A DNA stretch of 64,000 nucleotides from an uncultured Verrucomicrobiae bacterium (GTDB taxonomy: Bacteria > Verrucomicrobiota > Verrucomicrobiia > Chthoniobacterales > JAATET01): the NCBI GenBank assembly GCA_963719495.1, contig CAVRCI010000012.1, forward strand, positions 1-64,000, written 5' to 3'. The translations under genes and the position numbers were made by a program. Below, piece after piece: positions 39,388 through 49,070 of this stretch. How positions within the stretch are numbered: position 1 is the stretch's first letter; every line of letters begins with the position of its first letter. The notes under the pieces are model-generated. The model made no database searches. It was not told the origin of the DNA and saw only the letters and a list, made by a program, of their open reading frames with translations.

Positions 39388-40668
39388 TCAACCCACGTCG
39401 CCGACGCCCAGATGCTCCTTCACCGCACCGCACACCCGCACCGCCGACCAATAAGCATCCTCGTGGAACCCATACCGAAAGTAGCTCCCACAAAAATAAA
39501 CCCGCTGGTCCGGCGACCGCCGATTCAGTCCACCCAATTCCTTCTGCGCCGCCACCGCATCGAGCGTGAACGTCGGATGATCGTAGTCCGTTTCGTAAAG
39601 CACGCGCTTCTCCGGGACCAGCCCCTCCGCGTTGATCGAAACGAAGTAATTCACCTCCGGCGAAACGTTCTGCAACGCGTTCATCCAGTAATGAGTCGTC
39701 GCACGGGTCCCGCCATCCGCCGCCGCTTCGATCTTATAATTCCACGAAGCCCAGGCGATCCGCCGCTTAGGCATCACGCGCTCGTCCGTGTGCAAAATCG
39801 CGTGATTATGCTGATACCCAAACTCCCGCAAAAGCCGCAATTCGTCGGGCTCGGGATCACTCAGCAAAGCCAAAGCCTCGTCCGCGTGCGTGGCCACAAT
39901 CACCCGGTCGAACGCCTCCGCCGCCCCCCCCTCGACCCGCACCGTCACGCCATCCGCCGTCCGCTTGACCGCCACCACCTTCGAGTTCAATCGCGGCTCC
40001 GCCGTCCCGGCGATGATCCGTCGCACGTAGCTCAGCGAGCCTTTGCTAACGGTGAACCACGGATGATGCGTGTGAACCCCCAGAAAACCATGATTGTAAA
40101 AGAACCGGATCAGCATCCCGGCGGGAAATTCCAAAACATCCTCCGGCCGCGTCGACCAGACCGCCGAACTCATCGGAATGAGGTAGTGATTCAGCAAATC
40201 GCGACTGAACCCATACTCCGCCGCAAATTCCCGCACGCTCCCCCGCGGCTCGTTTTCGAGCGTGGCATTGGCGATCTCGAAGAATCGGGTGATCTCGCCC
40301 AACAACCGGTGAAACCGCGGCCGCGCGAGGTTCCGCCACTGCGCGAAAACCTTTCGCACGCTCATCCCATTGTATTCGAGATGATCCGGCCCGTGCTGGA
40401 CGCTGAACGACATCTGACTCGGCTCCGTCGGCACCCCCAACTCCTCGAAGAGTGCGCAGAGGTGTGGATAAGTCACGTGATTGAAGACAATGAACCCCGT
40501 GTCGATCGGCACATCCCGCCCGTCCTCGCGAACGACCACCGTATTCGAATGCCCCCCCGGCCGCCCCGCCTGCTCGAACAGCGTCACATCCGCAACGTCC
40601 CGCAAATTCCAAGCACACCCCAGCCCAGCCACGCCGGACCCGATCACCGCAATCCGTTCCCTAGTCAT
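39388..40668 (-). CDS. FAD-dependent oxidoreductase (UfaD-like)
   Basis: IAVIGSGVAGL, GGHSNT, DTGFIVFN, WASWNY, GFHEDA. Confidence 0.92.
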   Translation of the reverse strand: MTRERIAVIGSGVAGLGCAWNLRDVADVTLFEQAGRPGGHSNTVVVREDGRDVPIDTGFIVFNHVTYPHLCALFEELGVPTEPSQMSFSVQHGPDHLEYNGMSVRKVFAQWRNLARPRFHRLLGEITRFFEIANATLENEPRGSVREFAAEYGFSRDLLNHYLIPMSSAVWSTRPEDVLEFPAGMLIRFFYNHGFLGVHTHHPWFTVSKGSLSYVRRIIAGTAEPRLNSKVVAVKRTADGVTVRVEGGAAEAFDRVIVATHADEALALLSDPEPDELRLLREFGYQHNHAILHTDERVMPKRRIAWASWNYKIEAAADGGTRATTHYWMNALQNVSPEVNYFVSINAEGLVPEKRVLYETDYDHPTFTLDAVAAQKELGGLNRRSPDQRVYFCGSYFRYGFHEDAYWSAVRVCGAVKEHLGVGDVG

Positions 40669-40737
40669 GCGAAGCTATCCCCATTCCAAACCCTGTCATG
40701 CTGAGCGAAGCGAAGCATCTCTGGCTTACACTAAATC

Positions 40738-41769
40738 CTAAACCGAAGACCGCCGCCGAGCACTAGCTTCATCATAAGCCGAAACCGGCACTCCACGCAG
40801 ATCCCAAACCAACCCACAAGCCGCCAACCCCTTCAGCAAGTAATAAGAAATGTCGATCTCCCACCAATAAAACCCCTGCCGGGCCGAAGCTTGAAAGTGG
40901 TGGTGATTATTGTGCCAACCCTCGCCAAGCGTTATGAGCGCGAGAATCAACGAATTCCGACTCTCGTCGTCCGTCTCATACCGCTTGCTCCCCAGCGTGT
41001 GCGCAAACGAGTTCACCGCGCAAGTCCCGTGGAAGAGCACCGTCGTGCTGATGAAAAACCCCCACACCACCATCTGCCAGGCACCCGTCCCGAGACCAGG
41101 AGCCACCGCCGCCAGCAACAGACCCAGACCGGCCATGGCGGCAATCATCAACAGCGGTCCGATCAGATCGAAACGATTGAGAAAAACCAACTCCGGATAC
41201 TTCGCGAGATCGCGCACGACTTTGTAATTCGTCGGAAAATTCCGGCTACTCGTCAGCCACCCGATGTGCGACCAGGTGAATCCCTTCTTCACGGGCGAAT
41301 GCGCATCGTGCTCCTCGTCCGAATGCTTGTGGTGATGGCGATGCACCGCCGCCCACCAGAGCGGCCCGCGCTGCACGGCCGTCAGACCGATCAGAGCAAA
41401 GATAAACTGCCCAACCCGCGACGTCCGGTAAGCCCGGTGGCAAAAATACCGATGGTAAAATCCGGTAATCGCAAACATTCGCACCAAATAAAGCGCCGCG
41501 GCGACGCCGACCGCCGTCCAACTCCAACCCACCCAGATCACTCCAAGACACCCCACGTGCAGAATCACAAACGGAATGGCCCGCGACCATTCGAAGCGCT
41601 CGGGTTTTTCGGCGACCGCCTCGGCCCCCTCCGGAAAGTAATCGGAGTCGATCTGCTGAATGAAAGCGCGTCCCACGCGCCGCCACCACGCCGGGCGCAA
41701 GCCGGAATTCTCAGTCCTCGGACTCGATACCGATGGAGCTGAGGATGCGTTGGAGGTCGTCGTTGCCAT
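40738..41769 (-). CDS. Membrane acyl-CoA/acyl-lipid delta-9 desaturase
   Basis: His boxes YHRYFCH, HRHHH and WHNNHH. Start is ATG 41769 (overlapping parB) or TTG 41700. Confidence 0.93.
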   Translation of the reverse strand: MATTTSNASSAPSVSSPRTENSGLRPAWWRRVGRAFIQQIDSDYFPEGAEAVAEKPERFEWSRAIPFVILHVGCLGVIWVGWSWTAVGVAAALYLVRMFAITGFYHRYFCHRAYRTSRVGQFIFALIGLTAVQRGPLWWAAVHRHHHKHSDEEHDAHSPVKKGFTWSHIGWLTSSRNFPTNYKVVRDLAKYPELVFLNRFDLIGPLLMIAAMAGLGLLLAAVAPGLGTGAWQMVVWGFFISTTVLFHGTCAVNSFAHTLGSKRYETDDESRNSLILALITLGEGWHNNHHHFQASARQGFYWWEIDISYYLLKGLAACGLVWDLRGVPVSAYDEASARRRSSV

Positions 41770-42607
41770 AATATTCGATGGTGATGCTGCCTTGTTTTTC
41801 ACCATGATGGACTACGACGCGGGTCGCCAGCCGGTGTTGCAATAAATTCTGAACCCGCTGGACCGCCGGTGACAAACCCGGGGCCTCTTTCGCACGTTTC
41901 CGCTCGCCGCCGTTCGACCCCTGACCCGTCTTCGCCAGATGCGCGGCCGCGAGTTTCTCCGTCGCCCGCACCGATGCCGACTGCCGGATCACCATGTCCG
42001 CCAACAACTTCTGTTCGTCGTGCGTTTTCAGCGAAAGCAGCACCTTCGCGTGGCCGACCGAGACCTGCCCCTGCCGCACCATCACCTGCACGTCGGGATG
42101 CAGATCGAGCAACCTCATCGCGTTGGCCACCGACGCGCGGCTCTTCCCCACGCGCTTGGAGATCTCCTCCTGGGTCAGGCCGAACTCCCGGGACAACCGC
42201 GAATACGCCGAGGCTTCTTCGATCGGATTGAGATCCTCGCGCTGGAGATTCTCGATGAGCGCCAGCTCCAGAACTTCCTGGTCCGAGGCCTGCCGGACGA
42301 TCGCCGGAGCCTCCAGCACACCGACCTCCTGCGCCGCCCGCCACCGCCGCTCGCCCGCGATCAGTTCGTAAACGTCGCCCGCCTTCCGCACGATGAGCGG
42401 CTGAATGATCCCGCGTTCGCGGATCGACTCGACCAACTCCGTAAGCTGGTGCGGTCGGAATTCGTGCCGGGGCTGCAGCGGGCTCGGAATGATCTTCGTC
42501 AACGCGATCACCTGGATGCGCTCGCCATTGCTCGCGGACGGCTGGGGATCCGCAACCCGAGTATTGATGAGCGCGCCGAGTCCTTTTCCGAGCGCCTGCT
42601 TTGCCAT
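41711..42607 (-). CDS. parB: Chromosome partitioning protein ParB
   Basis: ALGKGLGALI, QPR, LIAGERRWRA, ALIENLQREDLNPIEEA, HTH. Confidence 0.96.
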   Translation of the reverse strand: MAKQALGKGLGALINTRVADPQPSASNGERIQVIALTKIIPSPLQPRHEFRPHQLTELVESIRERGIIQPLIVRKAGDVYELIAGERRWRAAQEVGVLEAPAIVRQASDQEVLELALIENLQREDLNPIEEASAYSRLSREFGLTQEEISKRVGKSRASVANAMRLLDLHPDVQVMVRQGQVSVGHAKVLLSLKTHDEQKLLADMVIRQSASVRATEKLAAAHLAKTGQGSNGGERKRAKEAPGLSPAVQRVQNLLQHRLATRVVVHHGEKQGSITIEYYGNDDLQRILSSIGIESED

Positions 42608-42683
42608 GAAGGCCGGATGGTAGGGACGGTAACCCGACAAATCAAACTTGATCCTCGCCCCCGTCCAAAGAAACCTCCCACTC

Positions 42684-43364
42684 GTGCTCGCCCGCCTCGC
42701 CGTCTGGAACGACCCCGCCATCCACTCCGGCCCGGTTCACATGGCCACCGACGAGCTGCTTCCGCGGGAAAATGGCCCGCCCGTCCTGCGACTCTACCGC
42801 TGGGCCCGACCGGAGATCACCTTCGGCTACCCCCAACGCTGGTCCGACGTCGAACCGCTCGCCGGCGACCGACCCGCCACCCGCCGCTGGACCGGCGGCG
42901 GCCTCGTCGAGCACGGTGCGGACCTCACGATCACCCTGGCCGTCCCCGCGAACGAATCCCTCGCCGGCCTCCCCCCCACCGAATCCTACCGCACCATCCA
43001 CACGGCCATTCGGAATGCCCTCGCTTCAGCGGAACCGACCATCCGCCTCGCCACCGCCGCCGAAGCCCACCCCGGCCTCGCCTGCTTCACCAGCCCCGCC
43101 TGCCTCGACGTCCTCTTCAATGGGCAAAAAATCGTCGGCGGAGCCCAACGCCGCACCCGCGCGGGACTCCTCTATCAAGGAAGTCTCCAGAAACTCGACC
43201 CACCGGCCGACTTTGCCGAAAAATTAGCGCTCGCGCTCGCGCTCGAATTCACCCCGCTCGATCCGACCCTGGCGCCCGACCCCGCCGACGTCGCCCACCT
43301 CGCCGCCAGCCGCTACGCCAACCCGATCTGGAACTCAACCCGCCGCGTCCCCGTCGTCCGCTGA
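42684..43364 (+). CDS. Lipoate-protein ligase/octanoyltransferase (LipM/LplA-like)
   Basis: MATDE.L, LRLYRW, RRWTGGGLVEH, CF, KIVGGAQRR. Start is GTG 42684 or TTG 42648. Confidence 0.85.
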   Translation: MLARLAVWNDPAIHSGPVHMATDELLPRENGPPVLRLYRWARPEITFGYPQRWSDVEPLAGDRPATRRWTGGGLVEHGADLTITLAVPANESLAGLPPTESYRTIHTAIRNALASAEPTIRLATAAEAHPGLACFTSPACLDVLFNGQKIVGGAQRRTRAGLLYQGSLQKLDPPADFAEKLALALALEFTPLDPTLAPDPADVAHLAASRYANPIWNSTRRVPVVR

Positions 43365-44162
43365 TCCCGTCAGCGCCGAACGCGTCCGGATATTCGTCCC
43401 GCAAAGGCCCCGCCGCGACCTTTCCCCGACGAAATCCAGAAACCGCCGCGCCGTCGGTCCCCATTCCACCGTCTTCGCCTCCTCGAGAGCCTGCGTGATG
43501 TTCAACCCGCTTCGGTAGATCAGCAGATACGCCCTTTTGACGTCCGCCCGCTCCGCCGCGCCGATCCCCTTTCGCCGCATCCCCACCGCGTTCAACCCGC
43601 GCAAAGTATTGATGATCAGCCCCGTCGTGAATGGCGGGATGTCCTTCGTCCAAGCCGTGCCGCCGCGAATCATCGTCAGGTCGCCCACGCGAATGTGCTG
43701 ATGGAATACCGAGCCACCACCCACCACGATGTCGTCGCCCATGATCACGTGACCCGCGAATAGACAATTGTTCGCGATCACGTTCCGATTCCCGATCTCG
43801 ACGTTGTGGCCGAGATGCACTCCGACCATGAGAAAATTCCCGTTCCCGATCCGCGTCGACGTCCCTTCCTCCGTCCCCCGGTGGATCGTCACGTGCTCAC
43901 GAAAACGATTATCGTCCCCGATCACCACCTCGCTCGAGATCGAGTCATCGTGCCCGTAATCCTGCGGAGCCTCCCCGATCACCGCGCCGTAGCCGACGTA
44001 ATTCCGATCGCCCATCGTCACCCGATTCGTGATCACCGCATGCGGGCGAACCACACAATCGTCCCCCAACACGACGCCATCATCGACGATGGCGTAGGCC
44101 CCAATCTCCACGTTCGCCCCCAACCGAACCCCCGACCCCACAATCGCCGTCGAATGAATCAT
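43335..44162 (-). CDS. lpxA: Acyl-ACP--UDP-GlcNAc O-acyltransferase
   Basis: IHSTAIV hexapeptide repeats, PQD, REHVTIHRGT, HLGHN, AGHV, GLNAVGMRR. Confidence 0.88.
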   Translation of the reverse strand: MIHSTAIVGSGVRLGANVEIGAYAIVDDGVVLGDDCVVRPHAVITNRVTMGDRNYVGYGAVIGEAPQDYGHDDSISSEVVIGDDNRFREHVTIHRGTEEGTSTRIGNGNFLMVGVHLGHNVEIGNRNVIANNCLFAGHVIMGDDIVVGGGSVFHQHIRVGDLTMIRGGTAWTKDIPPFTTGLIINTLRGLNAVGMRRKGIGAAERADVKRAYLLIYRSGLNITQALEEAKTVEWGPTARRFLDFVGERSRRGLCGTNIRTRSALTGSADDGDAAG

Positions 44163-44218
44163 CAAGCCCAGATGCTCCCCACGGATCGGCGCGCTGTCAA
44201 TACGGTGAGGAACCACGG

Positions 44219-44489
44219 ATGGGTGAACAAATTCTCAGAACCAATCATGGCAGAGAGATCGATCGTTCGCGGGAACAACGTCTGATCGAGAAGCTTCGGG
44301 CTCACCCCGAGTTGACCGGGCGGATTGAAACGATTTTGGAGCTGACCGAAAGCGGAGACGGGAAGTTCAAGCCTGCGGACGAAGTCGAAGGGATGCTCGT
44401 CGAGGAAGTGCGGCGCATCGGCGACGTGGCGAAGTTTTCTGGCTCCTTCCCCTAGCCGCCTGACCTCGGACTCATTTTCAATCACACCC
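44219..44489 (+). pseudogene. Probable internally deleted ISKra4-like transposase remnant
   Basis: LIEKLRAHPEL..RIETILEL.......ADEVEGMLVEEVRRIG resembles from memory ISKra4-family N-termini. It is followed by ...CTAGCCGCCTGA and TTTCAATCACACCC, a possible IS right end. Confidence 0.45.
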
Positions 44490-44557
44490 GCGATCACCAC
44501 CACACCTCCCCAAGCCTTGATTCCCCCCCGACCATCCGAAATACTCCGTCCTCACCA

Positions 44558-45715
44558 ATGAGCACATTCACCCCCGTCACAAACCGGAAGATCCGCCTCG
44601 GCATGGTCGGAGGAGGCCGCGGAGCCTTCATCGGAGCCGTCCACCGCACCGCCGCCGCCATCGACGGTCAGATCGAACTCGTCTGCGGCGCCTTCTCGTC
44701 CGACGCCGACCGATCCCGCGAATCCGGTGCCGACTTCTTCCTCCCCGCCGACCGCTGCTACCCCTCCTACGAGGCCATGATCGCCGCCGAGGCCGCCCGG
44801 CCCGCCGACGACCGCATGGACGCCGTCGCCATCGTCACGCCGAATCACGTCCACTACGAACCCGCCCGCCTCGCCCTCGAAAGCGGCTTTCACGTCATCT
44901 GCGAAAAGCCCGTCACCTTCGACCTCGAACAGGCGGAAAAACTTGCCACCCTCGTCGCGAGCACCGGCCTCCGCTTCTGCCTCACGCACAACTACACCGG
45001 CTACCCGATGGTCCGCGAAGCCCGCGAACTCGTCCGCCGCGGCGACCTCGGCCCGATCCGCAAGATCGTCGTCGAATACCCGCAAGGCTGGCTCGCCACC
45101 GACCTCGAATCCTCCGACCAGAAGCAGGCCACCTGGCGCACCGACCCGACGAAATCCGGAGCCGCCGGCTGCGTCGGCGACATCGGCACCCACGCCGAAA
45201 ACCTCGCCGAATTCATCTCCGGCTTGAAGATCGCCGAGCTCGCCGCCGACCTCACGACCTTCGTCCCCGGCCGCCGACTCGACGACGACGCCAACGTCCT
45301 CCTCCGCTTCGACAACGGAGCCAAAGGCGTCCTCCACGCCTCCCAAATTTCCGTCGGCGAGGAAAACGCCCTCAACATCCGGATCTACGGCGAGAAAGCC
45401 GGCCTCGAATGGCACCAGATGGAGCCCAACACCCTCCTCGTCAAATACCCCGACCGCCCCACCGAAATCCGCCGCACCGGCGGCCCCACCGCCACCCCGG
45501 CAGCCACCGGAGCCACCCGCATCCCGGCCGGCCACCCCGAAGGCTACCTCGAAGGCTTCGCGAACCTCTACCGAGACTTCGCCGCCTCCCTCCGCGACCC
45601 AACCGCCGAACCCACCTACCCCACCATCGCCGACGGAGTCCGCGGCATGGCCTTCATCGAAGCCGTCGTCGCCTCCTCGCGTGCCAACGCCGCCTGGACC
45701 AAACTCCATTTCTAA
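44558..45715 (+). CDS. Gfo/Idh/MocA family oxidoreductase
   Basis: [39 protein letters not shown]. Confidence 0.93.
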   Translation: MSTFTPVTNRKIRLGMVGGGRGAFIGAVHRTAAAIDGQIELVCGAFSSDADRSRESGADFFLPADRCYPSYEAMIAAEAARPADDRMDAVAIVTPNHVHYEPARLALESGFHVICEKPVTFDLEQAEKLATLVASTGLRFCLTHNYTGYPMVREARELVRRGDLGPIRKIVVEYPQGWLATDLESSDQKQATWRTDPTKSGAAGCVGDIGTHAENLAEFISGLKIAELAADLTTFVPGRRLDDDANVLLRFDNGAKGVLHASQISVGEENALNIRIYGEKAGLEWHQMEPNTLLVKYPDRPTEIRRTGGPTATPAATGATRIPAGHPEGYLEGFANLYRDFAASLRDPTAEPTYPTIADGVRGMAFIEAVVASSRANAAWTKLHF

Positions 45716-45743
45716 TTCCCCATTTCTAATTTCTAATTTTCCC

Positions 45744-46736
45744 ATGAGATCAATCACCCTCTTCACCGGCCAATGGGCCGACCTCCCGCTCGCCGAACTC
45801 CTCCCGAAGATCAAATCCTTCGGTTACGACGGCGTCGAACTCGCCTGCTGGGGCGACCACTTCGAAGTCGATCAGGCCGACGCCGCCTACTGCGAAGCCA
45901 AGCACGCCCTCCTCGCCGAGCACGGCCTCGTCTGCCACGCCATCTCGACCCACCTCGTCGGCCAGGCCGTCTGCGACCTCATCGACGAACGCCACCAAGC
46001 CATCCTCCCCCCAGCCGTCTGGGGCGACGGCGAGCCCGAAGGCGTCCGCCAGCGCGCCGCCGAAGAGGTCATCCGCACCGCCCAAGCCGCCGCCCGCTTC
46101 GGCGTGAAGGTCGTCAACGGCTTCACCGGCTCGTCCATCTGGCACCTCCTCTACGGATTTCCGCCCACCGCCCCCGGCCAGATCGAGGCCGGCTTCGCCG
46201 ATTTCGGCAGACGTTGGACCCCCATCCTCGACGCCTTCTCCGAAGCCGGCGTCCGCTTCGCCCTCGAAGTCCACCCCAGCGAAATCGCCTTCGACATCGC
46301 CTCCGCCAGACAAGCCCTCGCCGCCGTCGACCACCACCCCGCCTTCGGCTTCAACTACGACCCCTCGCACCTCGGCTACCAGGGCGTCGACTACGTCCGC
46401 TTCATCGAAGAATTCTCCGACCGCATCTTCCACGTCCACATGAAGGACGCCGCCTGGGGCCCCAACCTCGCCGACGCCGGCGTCTTCGGCGGCCACGTCC
46501 CGTTCCATTCCCCGGGCCGCTACTGGGATTTCCGCTCCGTCGGCCGCGGCAACGTCGACTTCGAACGCGTCATCCGAGCCATCAACCACATCGGCTACAC
46601 CGGCCCGCTCTCCGTCGAGTGGGAGGACGGCGGAATGGACCGCGAACACGGAGCCAAGGAAAGCTGCGAATACGTCCGCAAAATCGACTTCCCCCCATCG
46701 GACCTGGTCTTCGACGCCCAATTCGCCGACAAGTAG
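45744..46736 (+). CDS. Sugar phosphate isomerase/epimerase (TIM barrel, AP-endonuclease-2 family)
   Basis: [35 protein letters not shown]. Confidence 0.92.
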   Translation: MRSITLFTGQWADLPLAELLPKIKSFGYDGVELACWGDHFEVDQADAAYCEAKHALLAEHGLVCHAISTHLVGQAVCDLIDERHQAILPPAVWGDGEPEGVRQRAAEEVIRTAQAAARFGVKVVNGFTGSSIWHLLYGFPPTAPGQIEAGFADFGRRWTPILDAFSEAGVRFALEVHPSEIAFDIASARQALAAVDHHPAFGFNYDPSHLGYQGVDYVRFIEEFSDRIFHVHMKDAAWGPNLADAGVFGGHVPFHSPGRYWDFRSVGRGNVDFERVIRAINHIGYTGPLSVEWEDGGMDREHGAKESCEYVRKIDFPPSDLVFDAQFADK

Positions 46737-46794
46737 GGGAGCGCACGCGTCCCCGCGTGCGAGATGCGGCGTCCCGCCGCATCAAGCCCGGCAA
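46736..46794 (+). repeat. REP-like double hairpin family E, copy identical to 48930-48988
   Basis: GGGGAGCGCACGCGTCCCCGCGTGCGAGATGCGGCGTCCCGCCGCATCAAGCCCGGCAA. Variants at about 29447 and 54132. Confidence 0.85.
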
Positions 46795-46911
46795 ATCGAG
46801 CGAAGCGAGAGAGCCGAATCCGCTCAGAAGCGGCGATTTGCGATTCGCTTCGCCCGGCTCCGCATCGCTCCGGCTGCCGAACCGACCCAAACGGCGAAGC
46901 CGTCACTCCCC

Positions 46912-48150
46912 TCACAAAAGCACCCCCACCACGGTAGCCGAAAGGTAACAAGCCAGCACCCCACCCACCATCGCGCGAAGCCCGAGCCGCGCCAAATCCC
47001 CCCGCCGCTCCGGCACCAGCGACCCGATCCCGCCGATCTGAATCGCAATGCTCGACAAATTCGCGAACCCGCACAGCGCGTAAGCCGTTAGAATAAAGCT
47101 TCGTTCGTCCATCGTGTCCTTCAGCTGCGCGAGACTCAGATACCCAATGAACTCATTGAGAACGATCCGCTCGCCCAGCACCTGACCCGCCACCGCGCAA
47201 TCCTCCGCCCGGATCCCGATCACCCAGGCAAACGGCCAGTTCAACCACCCCAAAAACTGCTGCAACGTCACCGGCTCCGCCACCCCCAGCGCCGCCTGCG
47301 GAGCCGTCACCAACGCGTTGAGCAGCGCCACGATCGCCACGAACGCGATCAGCATCGCGATTACGTTGATCGCCAGCATCATCCCATCGCCCGCCCCCCG
47401 GCACAGCGCATCCAGCCCGTTCGAAGTCGTCCGCTCCACCTCCGCCGAAGCCTCCGCCCCCGTCTCACTCTCCTCCGTCTCCGGCAGCATGATCTTCGCG
47501 ATGATCAATCCAGCCGGCGCACTCAGCACCGACGCCGTCAGCAGATGCCCCGCGTCCACCCCCAGCTGCGCGTAAATCGCAAACACGCTGCTCGCCACCG
47601 TCGCGAACCCGCACGTCATGAGCGCCATCAGTTCACTCTGCGTCATCCCCTTCAAATAAGGCCGAATGAGCAACGGAGCCTCCGTCTGCCCGACAAAAAT
47701 GTTACTCGCCGCCGCCAACGTCTCGCTCCCACTCGTCCGCAGAAGTTTCCGCATCACCCAGGCCAACCCGTGGACCACTTTCTGCAAAATCCCGTAGTGG
47801 TAAAGCGCCGCCGAAATCGACGAAACCACCACGATCACCGCCGTCACCGTGACCGCGAAGACGTAGGCATTCGGGCCAAAAGCCGCCCCCAACTTCGCCC
47901 CATCCGCCAACGGCCCGAAGACCATTTGCGCCCCCACGTTCGCAAACTCCGCGATCTTCGCCACCCCCAACCGCGCCCCGCCGAAGACCGTTTTCCCCAA
48001 ATCCGTTTTCAGAATCAGCACCGCCAAAACGAACTGCAACCCGAGCCCCCAGACCACCGTCCGCCACGGAAACAACCGCTTGTGCCGCGACAACGCCCAA
48101 GCCAACCCCAGCATCACCACCAATCCCAGAAGACTCGTTAACTGCAACAT
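46912..48150 (-). CDS. Concentrative nucleoside transporter (NupC/CNT family)
   Basis: WRTVVWGLGLQ, NIFVGQTEAPL, LNEFIGY, LCGFANLSSIAIQIGG. Confidence 0.93.
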   Translation of the reverse strand: MLQLTSLLGLVVMLGLAWALSRHKRLFPWRTVVWGLGLQFVLAVLILKTDLGKTVFGGARLGVAKIAEFANVGAQMVFGPLADGAKLGAAFGPNAYVFAVTVTAVIVVVSSISAALYHYGILQKVVHGLAWVMRKLLRTSGSETLAAASNIFVGQTEAPLLIRPYLKGMTQSELMALMTCGFATVASSVFAIYAQLGVDAGHLLTASVLSAPAGLIIAKIMLPETEESETGAEASAEVERTTSNGLDALCRGAGDGMMLAINVIAMLIAFVAIVALLNALVTAPQAALGVAEPVTLQQFLGWLNWPFAWVIGIRAEDCAVAGQVLGERIVLNEFIGYLSLAQLKDTMDERSFILTAYALCGFANLSSIAIQIGGIGSLVPERRGDLARLGLRAMVGGVLACYLSATVVGVLL

Positions 48151-48183
48151 CCCCACCCCTTTAAGCAATTCCCATTCCCCAAA

Positions 48184-48241
48184 CCGCCACCCCTTGCAAA
48201 ACTCCGATGCGGCCGCATCGGAGTTTTGCAAGGGGTGGCGG
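48184..48241. repeat. Perfect 58-bp palindrome in a divergent promoter region
   Basis: CCGCCACCCCTTGCAAAACTCCGATGCGG|CCGCATCGGAGTTTTGCAAGGGGTGGCGG, with no loop and no mismatch. Confidence 0.95.
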
Positions 48242-48299
48242 CTGATTCGACGTCGGGCTGGCCAAATTTCGCCCACCCCGCCTAGTCTCCCGCCGCGCC

Positions 48300-48926
48300 A
48301 TGCAAGAAGCCTTCACGAATTGGATGACCGAGAGCATGACGTGGATCGAGGCCAGCGGCTGGGTGGGCTGGTTCGGGTTCATCGTCCTTTACGCCATCAC
48401 GTGCGTCTTCCTGCTCCCCGGCTCCCTCCTCACCGTCGGCGCCGGAGCCGCCTACGGCTTCTGGTCCGGCACCCTCCTCGTCACCATCGCCTCCGTCGCC
48501 GGAGCCGCCCTCAACTTCGCCACCAGCCGCTACCTCGTCCACAATTGGTTCCAGCGAAAATTCGCCCACAGCCCGAAATTCCGCGCCCTCGACCGAGCCA
48601 TCGCCCACGGCGGCTGGCGCATCGTCCTCCTCAGCCGCCTCTCCCCGGTCCTCCCCCACAGCCTCGTCAGCTACGCCTGCGGACTCACGACCATCTCCAT
48701 GACCCGATTCACCCTCGCATCGTGGATCGGTTTCATCCCCATCAGCGCCGCCTACGCCTACACCGGAGCCCTATTGGGAAAAATCGCGAGAGCCAAAGCC
48801 GGCCTCCCCCACGGAATCGAATCCTGGATCCTCTACGGCCTGGGCCTGGCAGCCACAATCGCCGTAACCGTCTATTCAGCAAAAATCGCCAACGAAGCCC
48901 TCCGAACAAAGGTCGACATCGAGTAG
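48300..48926 (+). CDS. TVP38/TMEM64 (VTT/DedA-like) membrane protein
   Basis: LPGSLLTVGAGAAYG, F..SRY, LSRLSPVLP, YACGLT. Confidence 0.92.
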   Translation: MQEAFTNWMTESMTWIEASGWVGWFGFIVLYAITCVFLLPGSLLTVGAGAAYGFWSGTLLVTIASVAGAALNFATSRYLVHNWFQRKFAHSPKFRALDRAIAHGGWRIVLLSRLSPVLPHSLVSYACGLTTISMTRFTLASWIGFIPISAAYAYTGALLGKIARAKAGLPHGIESWILYGLGLAATIAVTVYSAKIANEALRTKVDIE

Positions 48927-49070
48927 AGCGGGGAGCGCACGCGTCCCCGCGTGCGAGATGCGGCGTCCCGCCGCATCAAGCCCGGCAACCCGCGCCAGCG
49001 GGAGCCGCCCGCCCTCCACCAGTCACCAATCACCAATCACCAATCACGCCGTAACCGGCCCCTCCACCAA

